A DNA stretch of 55,351 nucleotides, filler included, from Perkinsus olseni (taxonomy: Eukaryota): assembly GCA_013115125.1 (NCBI GenBank). It is 2 parts of 2 records of this genome, joined end to end, with 100 filler letters (N's around TTAATTAATTAA, not from the genome) between each part and the next. Parts side by side here need not be neighbours in the genome. Positions count along the whole stretch, not along the records: positions 1 to 27,687 come from JABANN010000461.1; 1 more part is not named here. One strand, given 5' to 3'. A model generated the notes under the pieces. The model ran no database searches. It was given only the letters and a program-made list of their open reading frames with translations, and had not been told where the DNA came from. The translations under genes were made by a program, and so were the position numbers. Below, piece after piece: positions 13,794 to 26,130 of the stretch (the first letter of the stretch is position 1; each line of letters starts with the position of its first letter).

Positions 13794-14845
13794 CAATGAT
13801 GATGATGATGATGATGATGAATATTACTTTTGTAAATTATCCAGTACAGTATTGAGATTAGCATGTTGTTTATTCAACTCTTCTCCACGTAATACCACTT
13901 TCTTACTCATTCTTATAACTTCACTTTGGACTCTGATGAGCAATACTAGCTGCTGGACATAATAACATCATAATAATCATCATCATCACCTATGCCTTCT
14001 TCTATCCTCTTTATCGCTTTCAGTTTGATTATCTTTTATCATATTTCGTATACTCCTTACCTACTACTACTACCAATGATAATAATGACAGTGTCCCCTC
14101 CCTCTTTACAGTATTATACTACTATTACATCGCGTGATAGACTTGCCTTATCCATTACTAATTTATCCACATTATCTTTGATAATATTATTCCTCATTAT
14201 CACCTCAGTGGACTAACATACCCGATGATGATGATGATGAGCCCATGATGATAATCTATTATTATTACAGTGTTATCCAATGACGTTATTTCATCTTTAA
14301 GTTTATCATTATCGTCTTCTAAGGATTTAACTTTAACCTCCCCATCGAGAGTTAGATGGACGCCCTTAAGAATGATGATGATGATGATGATGTCCATGAT
14401 GGTCGCAGTGCTGCAAGTGTTGCATGACCTCTTCCATCAGTCTTGTTAAGGTATTGAGTTCATTCTTCAATGCTTTCATAGTATTCGATGACCTCATATC
14501 ATTATCATCAGCCTCTTCTACCATCTTCCACACCTTTTCTGTCTCCTTCTTCAAATCTTCTATCATATCCTTATCTTCTTCACTAGACAGCACTAGTTTA
14601 ATAACAGCTAATGATGGGAGCATTAGCAGTACTACCTTAGACGTATAGCAGTATTCACTTTTGTAATATTATTCTTCATCTCTGTCTTGAGATGGTCATA
14701 TTTATTATATAATCTCCTCTCAGAATCATTACTCCTCTGTAAGGCTTTGTATAACTTATAATATTCAGTCTTCAGGTGCTTCAATGATGATGATGATGCA
14801 TCATCATCATTGAGTATATCCTAATCACAGTATGACTATGCTTGC

Positions 14846-14900
<55 letters not shown>

Positions 14901-15137
14901 GATGTTTGATTATGAAGTGAGTATGACGATGATGATCACCTGTATGATAGTATTGAGGTCAGCTTCTATATTTTGGAATGCTGCCATACTCCGCTCGAAA
15001 AGCCCAGCATCATCATCTCCTTTTATCATGCTTCTATCATCGTTACCACTCTTCCCGTCATCATCCTTATACCCCTTGATGATACTATCATCATCAGCCC
15101 GAGCAGCAGCAGCCGGCGGATCGTTAGTATCGGACAT
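10807..15137 (-). CDS. CFAP58: Cilia- and flagella-associated protein 58 (CCDC147) homolog, many short introns
   Basis: N-terminal exons AFQNIEADL, KTEYYKLYKALQRSNDSERRL and IEDLKKETEKVWKMVEEA; C-terminal ERTKAKALIEELENPENTHRWRRLAGTD, KISELQRRLIKK and KCMKSVAAELNM match CFAP58 as recalled; long coiled coil between them. Confidence 0.85.
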
Positions 15138-15261
15138 GACAGATAATGCTACTACGAAGGATCCTATATACCCACGACGCTGTTTGAATTATGATCTTGT
15201 TGTTGATGATGATGATACTTTAAAAGTAATAGCAGTACTAGTCATACCCTGATGGGTTACA

Positions 15262-16114
15262 TCATGTTGTTGATGATGATGATAGTAATAATTGGGTAAA
15301 GAGATGTTGGAAAGCATGGTGTACTCCCTGGCCTGTATTAGCGCTGGTCTCAAAATACTTCATACCATTTTGTAATGCATAATCCTCTCCTAACATCATA
15401 ATAATCATCATCATCGTAAGAATCCGCACCCTACACATTAGCAACAATTACCTTCTTCTCTACTTATCACTCTCAAGGCATGGAGATCTACTTTATTGGC
15501 TATCAATATCATAGGTATCATCAGCCTCCTCGTATTATTATTACTATCACCACCATACCCTCCTTGGTTAGTGGTTCCACTATTGCTGTCATCATCATCG
15601 TCATTATAACCTCTCGCTGATGATGATGTTATTATTATTTCATTCAACCACCCATCCAGTGCTCTAAATGATGCTATTGATGTAACATCATAGACCAATA
15701 TTCCACCCTACAGCATCAGCATCAGCAGCAGCAGCATCAGCATCAGTGATGATGATGATGATGATGATGATGACTGTGAGTTGTTGTATATGTTAATACC
15801 TGTATATTATCATAGAATTCCATTCTTATATCCTTGAACTCGTCATGACCAGCCATGTCGAATAGATTTATCTTCATAACTCCATTATTCATATCACTAT
15901 TACTCGTGTATCGTACACCCTTTACACCATAATCAATACCAATAGTACTAACATCATCATCATCATGGTCATTGGACAGTGTATGATGGTGATGATGATT
16001 ATGACCTTATATATCGTTTAATGAATCTCCCTTCACAATATCTCTTCACTATACAACTCTTACCGACAGCTTCAGCTCCCATTGTTATTATCTACCATCA
16101 CCATCACTGTGATG

Positions 16115-16156
<42 letters not shown>

Positions 16157-16531
16157 GATCTTGTTGTTATTACCTTATAGCGAGGGGCTGCTAGTAGATG
16201 CATAGGGTTATCAATATTAGTGTTATCAATTATTATATTATCATCCATACCCTTGCATGTGTATACATCCCGTCCATTAGGACGGTAGTCTTCGTAATCA
16301 TTATGTTCAATACCACCACCACCACCACGACCAACCCCTCGTCTTGACGGTCTCCCTGCTGCTGTCTTGTAGACCGTCGAGGCTTTTGTTGTTGATAATA
16401 ATAGTCGTTGTATCAAATCATGCTTTTCTATACAGTCCTCATGCCTGATACCCATCTTCATCAATCTTCCCTTCAACTCCTTAATACTCATCATACTATA
16501 TACCTCATCTTCACGTAGATGACTGTTAGTC

Positions 16532-16567
<36 letters not shown>

Positions 16568-17005
16568 GTACCCTTGCTACTACTACTATTATCATCAACA
16601 CTTCTACTACACCCCTTCCCGTTATTATCATCCCTATTATGTTGTTGTTCTTGTTTCCTTGACATAATGATACCATCACTTGGATTACTCTTATTATACC
16701 TAACAACGGCGTGCTCATCATCGGATGGTAGTTGGTGATTATTACATGTATCGTGTATTGGTGTTGGATAAGACCTCAAAGGCTTGTTTAATCAACTTGA
16801 ACATTTCCCCATCTCCTCCCTTATCAGGATGATGTATCAATGCCGCCCTCTTATACCTATTATAACCACCACCACCACCACCACCACCACTCATAACTAA
16901 CACTTACGCTCTTTTAATGTCATCTACAGATGCATCACGGTTTATAGCCAGTATATTGTAATAACCACCACCACCTCTGGTGGTGTGGGATGAAGAGGTA
17001 CTCAT
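15262..17005 (-). CDS. RJL-family small GTPase with N-terminal DnaJ domain (alveolate Rjp-type)
   Basis: Spliced product has a J domain (YYNILAINRDASVDDIKRA/YKRAALIHHPDKGGDGEMFKLIKQAFEVL), a linker with MSIKELKGRL..GI..EDCIEKHDL, then the GTPase (VGKSCIVKRYCEGRF, TIGIDYG, FDMAGH, EFYDN, ANKVD, FETSA); no C-terminal Cys. Confidence 0.85.
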
Positions 17006-17241
17006 TCTGGAAAGGAGGCTAAGTCACGCTACCAGCAGCAGCAGCAGCAGCAGCAGTCGTACTCCACGACATCACCGTCACGCGCCGCAAAAATATTATT
17101 ATCAAGGCCTTATCATCATCATACTCCGTGGTCGTTGTATGATGATGTTGGATAACGGTACGAGGTAGTACTACTGCTGCTACTACTAATCATCATGTTG
17201 ATTACTATTATAGTAGTATTATTATCAGAGATGATTATAGT

Positions 17242-19249
17242 ATGATGATGGTGGAGGATTGGAGATCACCCTTCATGTTATTACCACAACAGGAGTGTAT
17301 TGCAGGAGGGAGGGTACATGATGATAAACAACAACAACGACGACAACAGAAGGCATCGTCATCATCAACATCATCAGCAGCAATGAGTATTATTAAGGAC
17401 GTAATACTGAGAATAGTAGCATGATGAGCATTGATGATGAGTAAAGTATTATATTCAGTTATATGATGTGATGATGGCGGATGATGATTACAACAACTAC
17501 GATACAACAGACACCAATGATGATGTCAAACAACAACAACAACAACAACGCCGCCGCCGTTGCCGAAGGGAGAGGCTCTCTTCACCTTTATTAAAGTATA
17601 ATAATACTGATGATAGTATCAGCATTGTTGATGATGATGATGACCCTCATTGCTCCATTATTAATGATACATTATCTCATCATAATAATGAACAACAAGA
17701 AGAAGAAGCAGGCACAGCAGGACTAGCAGATGATGATGATGATGTTGTTGACAGTAATACAGGAGTGATGGTGGTTGTAAGGAGACATGTATGGGCTGAG
17801 AATGATGGTAGAATATATTCACAGTGCCATCCGGAATTAAATATATATGTAATAATACTACTACTACATGCTGCTGCTGCTGCTGTTGTTGGATGCTCCA
17901 TCATCATCATCATGCCTCTCAGTGGTGTGCTGATACATCTACACTACTGGACTACCATCACTCCGATGCTGATGATGATGATACACTTGAGGTGGGGACG
18001 AAGGATGATGATGATACACTTGAGGTGGGGACGAAGGATGATGATGATACACTTGAGGTGGGGACGAAGGATGATGATCNNNNNNNNNNNNNNNNNNNNN
18101 NNNNNNNNNNNNNNNNNNNNNNNNNNNNNNNNNNNNNNNNNNNNNNNNNNNNNNNNNNNNNNNNNNNNNNGGATGATGATGATACACTTGAGGTGGGGAC
18201 GAAGGATGATGATGATACACTTGAGGTGGGGACGAAGGATGATGATGATGATACACTTGAGGTGGGGAAGTTGAGACCTAGTGGAGTATCGGCAAAATCG
18301 GATATAACGAGTCATGATGATCCAAGCAGAAGGATGAGGAGATATCCCGTGTATAAGGTGATGATACGTGAGCTCCTTTAACGTTGTTATATATACAATC
18401 TCAAGCATCAGGTTAACTTGGCCTATCTATCAGTATCGCTACAAAAACAACAACAACAACAACAACATTATAATGGTGATGGTGATAAGAAAGGAGGAGT
18501 GGATGATGGTGATGATGGTGGTGGTGGTGGTGGCGGTGGATGTATACCCGATGCAGCAGCAGCAGCATGTTGTAACGATGGTGGTGGTGGTAACCCCTTT
18601 ACATCATCATCATCGTTCTTCTTCCCATTACCTACTACCGATGATTTATTGATGTTTCATAATCCATCATCATCATCAGCACCACAGCGAGATAACACTA
18701 CTCACTATTACTCTAAGGCACTTGCCAATGATAATGATAAGGACGATGACGATGGTGAGGGTAGTAGTAGTGATGAGATAGAAGTATTACCCTATCTATC
18801 GAGTAGTAGATATCATATTAAGATGGAGCAAAGAACACTGGCTCATCATACTACCTACCATGATCATGATGCTTATGATACACAGGAGGACAGAGGAGGA
18901 TGCTCAGATCTTCATCATCATCACCATCATCATGATGATGATGAGGATGATGATGATGGTCGATGTGTATTGATGGGTGATGGAGTAGAAGCAGTACCAC
19001 AACAAGAGGAAGGGGGGTGTAGTAATGGTACACCGCGAGAGAAGCAACAAACGAAAAAGGTTATCCATCCAACGTCGTCATCATCATCATCATCATCAGC
19101 GTTGTCATCTACTTTGCCGTACGGTAGTATTGATCGTAGTAAATTGGTTATGTTTACTCCAATCGGTGGTGGTGCTAGTAAGAATAATAATATAATGTTA
19201 TTACCGCCATTATCATCATCTTATCTCAACAGCACTACTAACACTCTTG

Positions 19250-19284
<35 letters not shown>

Positions 19285-19490
19285 GCATCATCATCGAATT
19301 AGAGTGTATGATGATGATGATGATGATGATCTAATGTCAGTAATAATGATATTGTTATCCATCATGTAAAGGCATGACAATTAATCGTAATTCTCATCAT
19401 TATTACCGTCCCCCTCATATCCATGCCATTACCCAAACTAGCATCCTCGTCCCCACTGTTGGTGTTGGAGGGATTAGTCATACTAGGGAG
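17242..19490 (+). CDS. Hypothetical low-complexity protein containing the DDDDTLEVGTK repeat; structure uncertain
   Basis: Successive + ORFs (17242-17424, 17468-, 17824-18381, 18418-19302) linked by plausible GT..AG introns; no recognisable domain. Confidence 0.3.
17971..18270 (+). repeat. 33-bp tandem minisatellite (GATGATGATGATACACTTGAGGTGGGGACGAAG) spanning an assembly gap
   Basis: At least six near-perfect copies on both sides of the N run 18080-18170. Confidence 0.95.
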
Positions 19491-19549
19491 TCCCTCATCA
19501 TCATCATCATTGTCGTGGTCGTCGTCGTCGTCAGTTATTGTCGTCTAAC

Positions 19550-19709
19550 ATGTCTTCAACGCTTAGCCCTTCTGCTGTTGCTGCTGCTGTTGATGATGAT
19601 GATGAATATGTGGAAGAGGTTGTTGGTGTGATAATAACAGGGGTTACTGGAGTATTCGGTAAGGCACTGTTGGTGGAGTTTTTGAAGGCATTACCCGACA
19701 TATACCCAC

Positions 19710-19743
<34 letters not shown>

Positions 19744-20505
19744 GAAGAAGAAGAAGGAGGGAAAACGAGAGGCAGGGAATCATTCTACTCCTCCGCGTTG
19801 TTGTTATCACTTCTGTCTTATCGGTCGTGATAAGGTAATAAGAACAATATTACTGTAATATCATGGTTATTGTTGTATAGGAAAGATTAGAAGAAGTATG
19901 GTCATCATCATCATCATCATCATCATCAGGAGTACTCGACATGTACGACACCATAAGTATGATAAACATAAAGCATACGTCGGTAAGTAGCAACATCATC
20001 ATCTTCATCATTTCGATGATGACTTCTTTCTAGTTTACAATTGATTTCATGAAGTCGTCCAGTGACGATATCCGTAATTTTTGGTATAAGACAGTATTCC
20101 CAACACTATCATACCCTAATGGCGGTAACAACAACAACCACAACAACAAGAATATAACCACAGTCTATGCATTCATGAACGCTGGTAATAATAATAACAA
20201 CACCAACAACCCATTCTTCTTCTTCTTCTTTGTTGTTGTTGTTCTTGTAGGTGGTGTAGAGCCTGTAGGATATCTAACCGACATAACATCTACTACACCA
20301 TTATCTATTCATCAATCGATACACTTCAATTTAACGTCGTTTATAGTAATAATAATAACAGCTACAACAAGAAGAAGAAGAAGAAGAAGAAGAAGATTGA
20401 TGATGAGTGGTAGTTATGATGATGATAATTCATATCAGGTATCATGTGGATGCATTGTGGAGTATTGTAGCAACACTAACAATGATGATCATCACAACAA
20501 CAACC

Positions 20506-20544
<39 letters not shown>

Positions 20545-21172
20545 TTAAGGAATTGTACTTGGTTAATACCACATCATTGGCAGCTGAAGTACCAATGGGT
20601 GGTATGGCCATATACGCAATGGTAGTGATGATGATGCTGATATGATTATTAGTATTATTCTTTTTCCTATACCTCATGATGGTTGGTAGGGTAAAAGGAG
20701 TCGTGATTATATCATGCGCTTACTGGCCCATGAGAGTGTGGTTAAATATAATGGTAAGTGTGTAGATCATCACCATTATCTTAACTGGTCTCCTGGCCCA
20801 ATGTATGGTCCAATGACAAGTAATATTAACAAGAACATTACATTATCAATAACAACAATAACAACAACGATCATGTTCAGCTTTACATGATACTATCATT
20901 ATTACTATTAGATACTATAGTTGATCATTGTGATGATCCAAGAACGAAAGATTCATTTCAACGTATGCTGGTTGAACATGATATCATAAAGCTTACCGAG
21001 AGGCATACTACTACTACTACTAGTAAGGGAGAGATGGACGAAAATGATGGCGGTAATGATCATGGAACAGAACAGCAGCAGGGAGGAGGACAGGTTGCAG
21101 ACTGCACCAGCAACAGCAGCAACAACAACGGGTATTACTCAATACAATATCGACAAGAGAGAGCATATGTTG

Positions 21173-21213
<41 letters not shown>

Positions 21214-21397
21214 TAGATCCCCATCAACATCAGCATCATCATCATCACCTTTCGTTGACCCGATGGTATCAGCAGGTAAATGTATTAAATGCTTATTAGA
21301 GGGTAATTATATAAATGGTAATAATCATGTGGATTATTATGATGTTTACCTATCACAGAATGATAGGGATAATCGTGATAATAATAGTAATAATTAG
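19550..21397 (+). CDS. Sepiapterin-reductase-like short-chain dehydrogenase/reductase (multi-exon)
   Basis: IITGVTGVFG, MNAGG, NLTSF, LVNTTSLAA, the catalytic YAMGK across an intron, LNWSPGPM, and the C-terminal VDPMVSAGKCI..NHVDYYD typical of SPR-type SDRs. Confidence 0.8.
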
Positions 21398-21589
21398 AAC
21401 ACCAACCCAATCATCATATGTCCATTCCAATATAATACTAATCATCTCATTATTACTGTTACTACTGCACATTACTGGTGTTATTGGTGTATAGAGAATA
21501 GTAGTAATATCAATGGTGGTGGAGGTGGTGATGGTTTATCTCTTCATCCCACAGCAGGAGTATTGATATTGTCATATTCATCATCATAT

Positions 21590-23126
21590 ATGGTTACCCC
21601 AACATCATCTAATAGGAGAGGTAGGAGTAGGAGGAGTAGAAGTATTGATAGTAATAGTAGTAGAGGTAGTCATGGGATGGTAATGATGAAAAAGAAGAAG
21701 AATAGGGACTATGATGATGACGATGGTGATAATGGCATAAAGGCAGCACCAGTCTCACACACTAGGAGTAGTCATCATCAACGACATCATCATCATCATC
21801 ACCAACGGCATCATCATCATCATCAATGTAAAATTATCATGATGGTGTCAGGATCCGCCGACGTTGGTCATCATCATCATCAATCGACGTCGACTACTGC
21901 TACTACCACCTTACATGTATCAAATCTTACACGTAATATTAACGAGGATCATCTCTATGAGATATTCGGTAATAATAATAATAACGATAATACTCATTAC
22001 TATTATAATAATAATGATAATAATCATCATCCTGATGATATTATTATAAATATTATTACTTCAGGTACATTCGCTGAAGTTGTTGATGTTGATCTAGCCA
22101 TTGATGACAAAGTTAATTTACCTAAAGGTTATGCTCATGTTATATTACCTAATAGAGAAGCTGCTAAGGATGCTATATACCACCTTCACCATGCACAGAT
22201 AGATGGCAATGTTATCAATGTGATGGCAATGATGTTATCAATCATCATACTACTACTACTACTACCACTCCTTACCCATAACACATTCAATAACCTCCTC
22301 AGATCCGATTCGCCCATAACAGCGGTGGTGGTGGCGGCGGTGGCGGTGGTGATGATAAGACAAGGGACCATCGTGATGATGAAGGTAGTAGATTTAGTAT
22401 TATTTACTTCGTAATCCACACGTTACAATGACGTATCCCGCACTATCACCCGTAGACACTAGTGCGGACCGTAGACACCATGATCATGGTGATAGAGATC
22501 ATGATGCTAATACTCAAGGTTCCAAACGTAATAGTAGGAGTAGATCTTACGATGATGATGAGGATGATGATGATGATAGTAAGAGGAGGAGGAGACCAAG
22601 AAGCACTACGCTGCATAGAGGCGACAACAACGACGTGAGGTGAGTTTAGGTCATTACACGACCAAGCATTATGAGCGCATCTGTTGAATCCTTATTTATG
22701 ATGATCAGTACGAGACGGGATGATGATGATCGTGATGGTCGTGGCAGCAGGAGCAGCAGTGAAAAGAAGAGGAGACTACGAACTAGGTCCTCTTCTCCAT
22801 CATTGTTGGCTTCAATTCCACATGAAAGGGATCCAATTAGTAGTCGTCAAGAGAGGCAGCAAGAGGAGGAGGAGGACGCAGGAGCTCATCAAACGAGGGC
22901 GGACCGACATCAGGGTTCCTACACGACAGCAACTGCTGATGATGATAATGAAAGGAGGGGTTCTAGATCATTATCATCAAATCATCATCATCATCAGAGA
23001 GAATCACAGGTAATATACACCATCACTACTACTACAACCATTGGTATTATTAATGAGTAGGTTGGACCGAGGCATCGTTACAATCCCAACAGCAGCAGCA
23101 GCAGCACTGGTCGTATGGCAGCTTAA
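21590..23126 (+). CDS. RNPS1/SR45-like RRM protein with RS-rich termini (multi-exon)
   Basis: RRM LHVSNLTRNINEDHLYEIF/GTFAEVVDVDLAID..NLPKGYAHV...AQIDGNVINV, flanked by Arg/Ser-rich segments. Confidence 0.8.
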
Positions 23127-23595
23127 TTATCAACAAAAGTAATGATCGCCATATGACCTCGACTCTCATATCGACCTTACTCCTCCTCCTCCTCTCCCTT
23201 CTAACTGTACCCCCGCCCAGCTATTAGATGTCTTCTTCTTCTTCTCTTTATTAGCACAGTGTTATCAATTAGGATTGGAGCAGTTCGTACAAATGCGGTC
23301 ATTCTTCATTCATCGATACGATTAGTGTCTACTCATTGAAGAAAGATAACTTCTCAGCCGTCTTTCACCGTAGGCGTTGGCACCTCACACTTACTGCCGT
23401 GTGATGATGATGATTGAACCTTCAATGGGGGGATATGCAATGCAAGATCCCCGCAGTGATTAAGACTGTTGGCAGAGGGATTGTCGAGCACCTCGTTAAT
23501 GGGACCTTTTTCATCAGTATTTTCGTACCACCTTACTTGTGTTACTACATCATATGCTACTACGCTCGTCATCATTATCACAGTGTCTAACGTCG

Positions 23596-23785
23596 ATGAG
23601 GAGAACAGCGATGTCTGAGATGCTACAACGAGGATGGGTGAGGCATGGCGGCCTGCCTTCCCCCATGCTGAGCAGCAGCAGCAGCAGCAGCAACACCACT
23701 CACTTTACACTATCCTTCTATCATCATCATCGTCGTTACTACTTAGACCGCCACAAGTAATATGATACAACGACGAAGAACCTCG

Positions 23786-23820
<35 letters not shown>

Positions 23821-24148
23821 GGCGGTGGTGGCAGACGACGATGACCTCACCACCACCGCTCCTACTGCCAATTCGGGATATATTAGTTCTACGATTAGCA
23901 TGATACCCTCCAACCCTTATGCTCAAACCATGATCGCAGCGATCGATAAGAATTATTGGAACATAGGACGTTTGAGGTGAGTATACAACAACAGCAGCAG
24001 CAGCAGCAGCATCATCATCATTGGTATTATTATGCAGAAATAAAGAATTATGGATGAGTAGGAAAGTTGAAGGGAACTATAAGTAATATACAAATATGAT
24101 CATACAATTAATGATAGTAGTAAGCAGGACGACTTGTATTCAGTATGA
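23596..24148 (+). CDS. Small hypothetical multi-exon protein, possibly with an organellar transit peptide
   Basis: Arg/Ser-rich N-terminus, then exons SNPYAQTMIAAIDKNYWNIGRLR / NKELWMSRKVEGNYK / QDDLYSV* with GT-AG junctions. Confidence 0.35.
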
Positions 24149-24493
24149 ATCGTTTTTTGAGGGGCAAGCATGGACCAGCTCATTATGGTAAATGGTGGAG
24201 CAGGCGGTTTAGGTAGTATGGCAGATACTGCTACTGATGCTGCTGTCATCCATATTCTATCAATCCCACCACCGCTATACGTCTATCATCATCATCATTC
24301 AGGCACAATCGTGGTTGTAGAGGTGCATTCGGCACAAGGCATGTGAATGACAATGCTTTACGTTTTCAATCAATGAGGCACAACTAATGGTCATGCTAGT
24401 GATGATCTTAATGTCAGCAGTACTACGGATCTTGGTGAATATATTGTAGTTCTACTCGGTTTCAGCGTTATTATCATCATTATCATGATCATT

Positions 24494-24637
24494 TGTTGGA
24501 AATAAGGAGGCCACTAGTGTTTATCGCTTTCCATAGCTATATACACATCATTGTTGTGTTTGTATTGCTCATCAACGATATAATGAGAGGTTTTATCATG
24601 GAGGTTTAAATAGCGCGTGAGGAGCGTTGTTAGAACA
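24494..24637 (-). repeat. Candidate 3' LTR of the adjacent retrotransposon
   Basis: Bounded by TGTT...AACA. On the minus strand it is preceded directly by a purine-rich tract (GGGATGGTGAGGGGCAGGAG) and contains TATTTAAA. The partner LTR is not in the window. Confidence 0.4.
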
Positions 24638-26054
24638 CTCCTGCCCCTCACCATCCCGCGATTCAACGCTTCAATAAACACGATTCTACGTCCTGGGTAG
24701 TGTTTTCCGTCACCAGCAGCAACGTTCGATAGGACTTCTTCTAGACTGCGACATCGCCAGGCACATCGCTATAACGATTAGGTTTATTATGTCGACGTCC
24801 TTAGCAGCCATTGCTGCCACTGCTGCTGTTCTTCGATACCCCATCCCAACCATCTGTGCGCGTTATCTTGAGTCTTCGATATACGCGCCCCTCGGGTATG
24901 ATATTCAATCTCGGTCTATGATATACAGTCCTCCAAATAAGTACTTCAACTATTAATCTTCCGGTTCATTGCAGCACACCGATAGAAAGCGCGTCTTTCC
25001 AATAGCCATCCATCTGAATTTCACCGCTCGACTCGGCTAAATCGGTTATGCCGACTCGGCTTCAATCATCCGAGTATCCTATCATCGGCATTAGGTTGAT
25101 CTAATTCGGGGAGCATCTGGTTCATCAACAGTACGCGTAGGAGCGTCATTGGGCCTTGGAGCAGCCGGTGAGGAACCATCTTCAGAATTGTTATCAGCAG
25201 GAGACCGGGGCGATCTTCGACATCATCATCGGAATCGTCGTCATGATCACCGAGCTCATGGAAGGGCTTCAAGTTAGCAGTTGCGGCCTTGAAGTTAACA
25301 CCGTTGCGAAGGATAGTATTGACACTTCCACGAGTCTCCAAGACCGGATAAGGGCCTTCCCAGCTTCAAGCAATGAATCTACCAGCTTTCCTCGTCCATA
25401 GCAGAACCTTCTGACCAGGCTGTAAGTCGAACAACCGTCTCCTAGACAGCGTGGCCATACGAACCTTCTCACGCAGGTTGCACCAGATAGCCGTCCAACG
25501 CTTCCACTTTGTAGTTTGTCTCTCCTTCATCACAGTGAATAGCTGGTTGGAATCGTTGAAGAAGGGCCTCAGGAGGGAGGTTCTCGTGGTAGTTCTCGCC
25601 AGGGAAGTCGTCTTCTCTGGGATCGAGCTCAGGGATCCTCGGCTCCGTATACCAACATAAAGCGTGGGGGGACAAGTCGTCGTCGGTCGTGAATGGGGTG
25701 ATATTCCATACCCGCACAACACGGTAGAAGGGAAAAGTCCAGCTCGTAAAGTCCGCGTTGTCGGGGTCGTCGAGCTGGACACATTCGTTGATATACTCGT
25801 GCAGATCTTTGTGGGGGCGTTCAGAGGCACCAGCCAGAGATAGGAGAGTCCCTCGGCAGAATCTTCAGGGATATAGAGTGACGGTCACAAAAGTACCTGA
25901 ATGCTTAGCTCACCAGTGAGGTGTCTTGAGCTATCAGCAGGATTTGTGGATGACCTCGCAAGATAGCTTCGGTCTGCAAGTAGTAGCCCTCAAGTAGTTC
26001 GTAGCCATATCCATCACAACCGAGCCGTAGTTCTGGCCGTCGGGGTCTTTATTG

Positions 26055-26130
26055 AACCGTTGTAGCACTATGTGCTCGGTGCGCCGATGGAGGCTCGGGG
26101 TTCGATCCCGAGCCATGGCATTATTATTTT
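26055..26130 (+). pseudogene. tRNA-like element (B-box T-arm, tRNA-like 3' end, T-run) inside the integrase
   Basis: GCTCGGG-GTTCGAT-CCCGAGC hairpin followed by CATGGCA and TTATTATTTT; small upstream hairpins GCAC/GTGC and TCGG/CCGA. Confidence 0.45.

Noticed and set aside
17971..18270. CRISPR-like appearance of the 33-bp repeats
   Set aside because: Head-to-tail units with no unique spacers, no cas genes, eukaryotic context.
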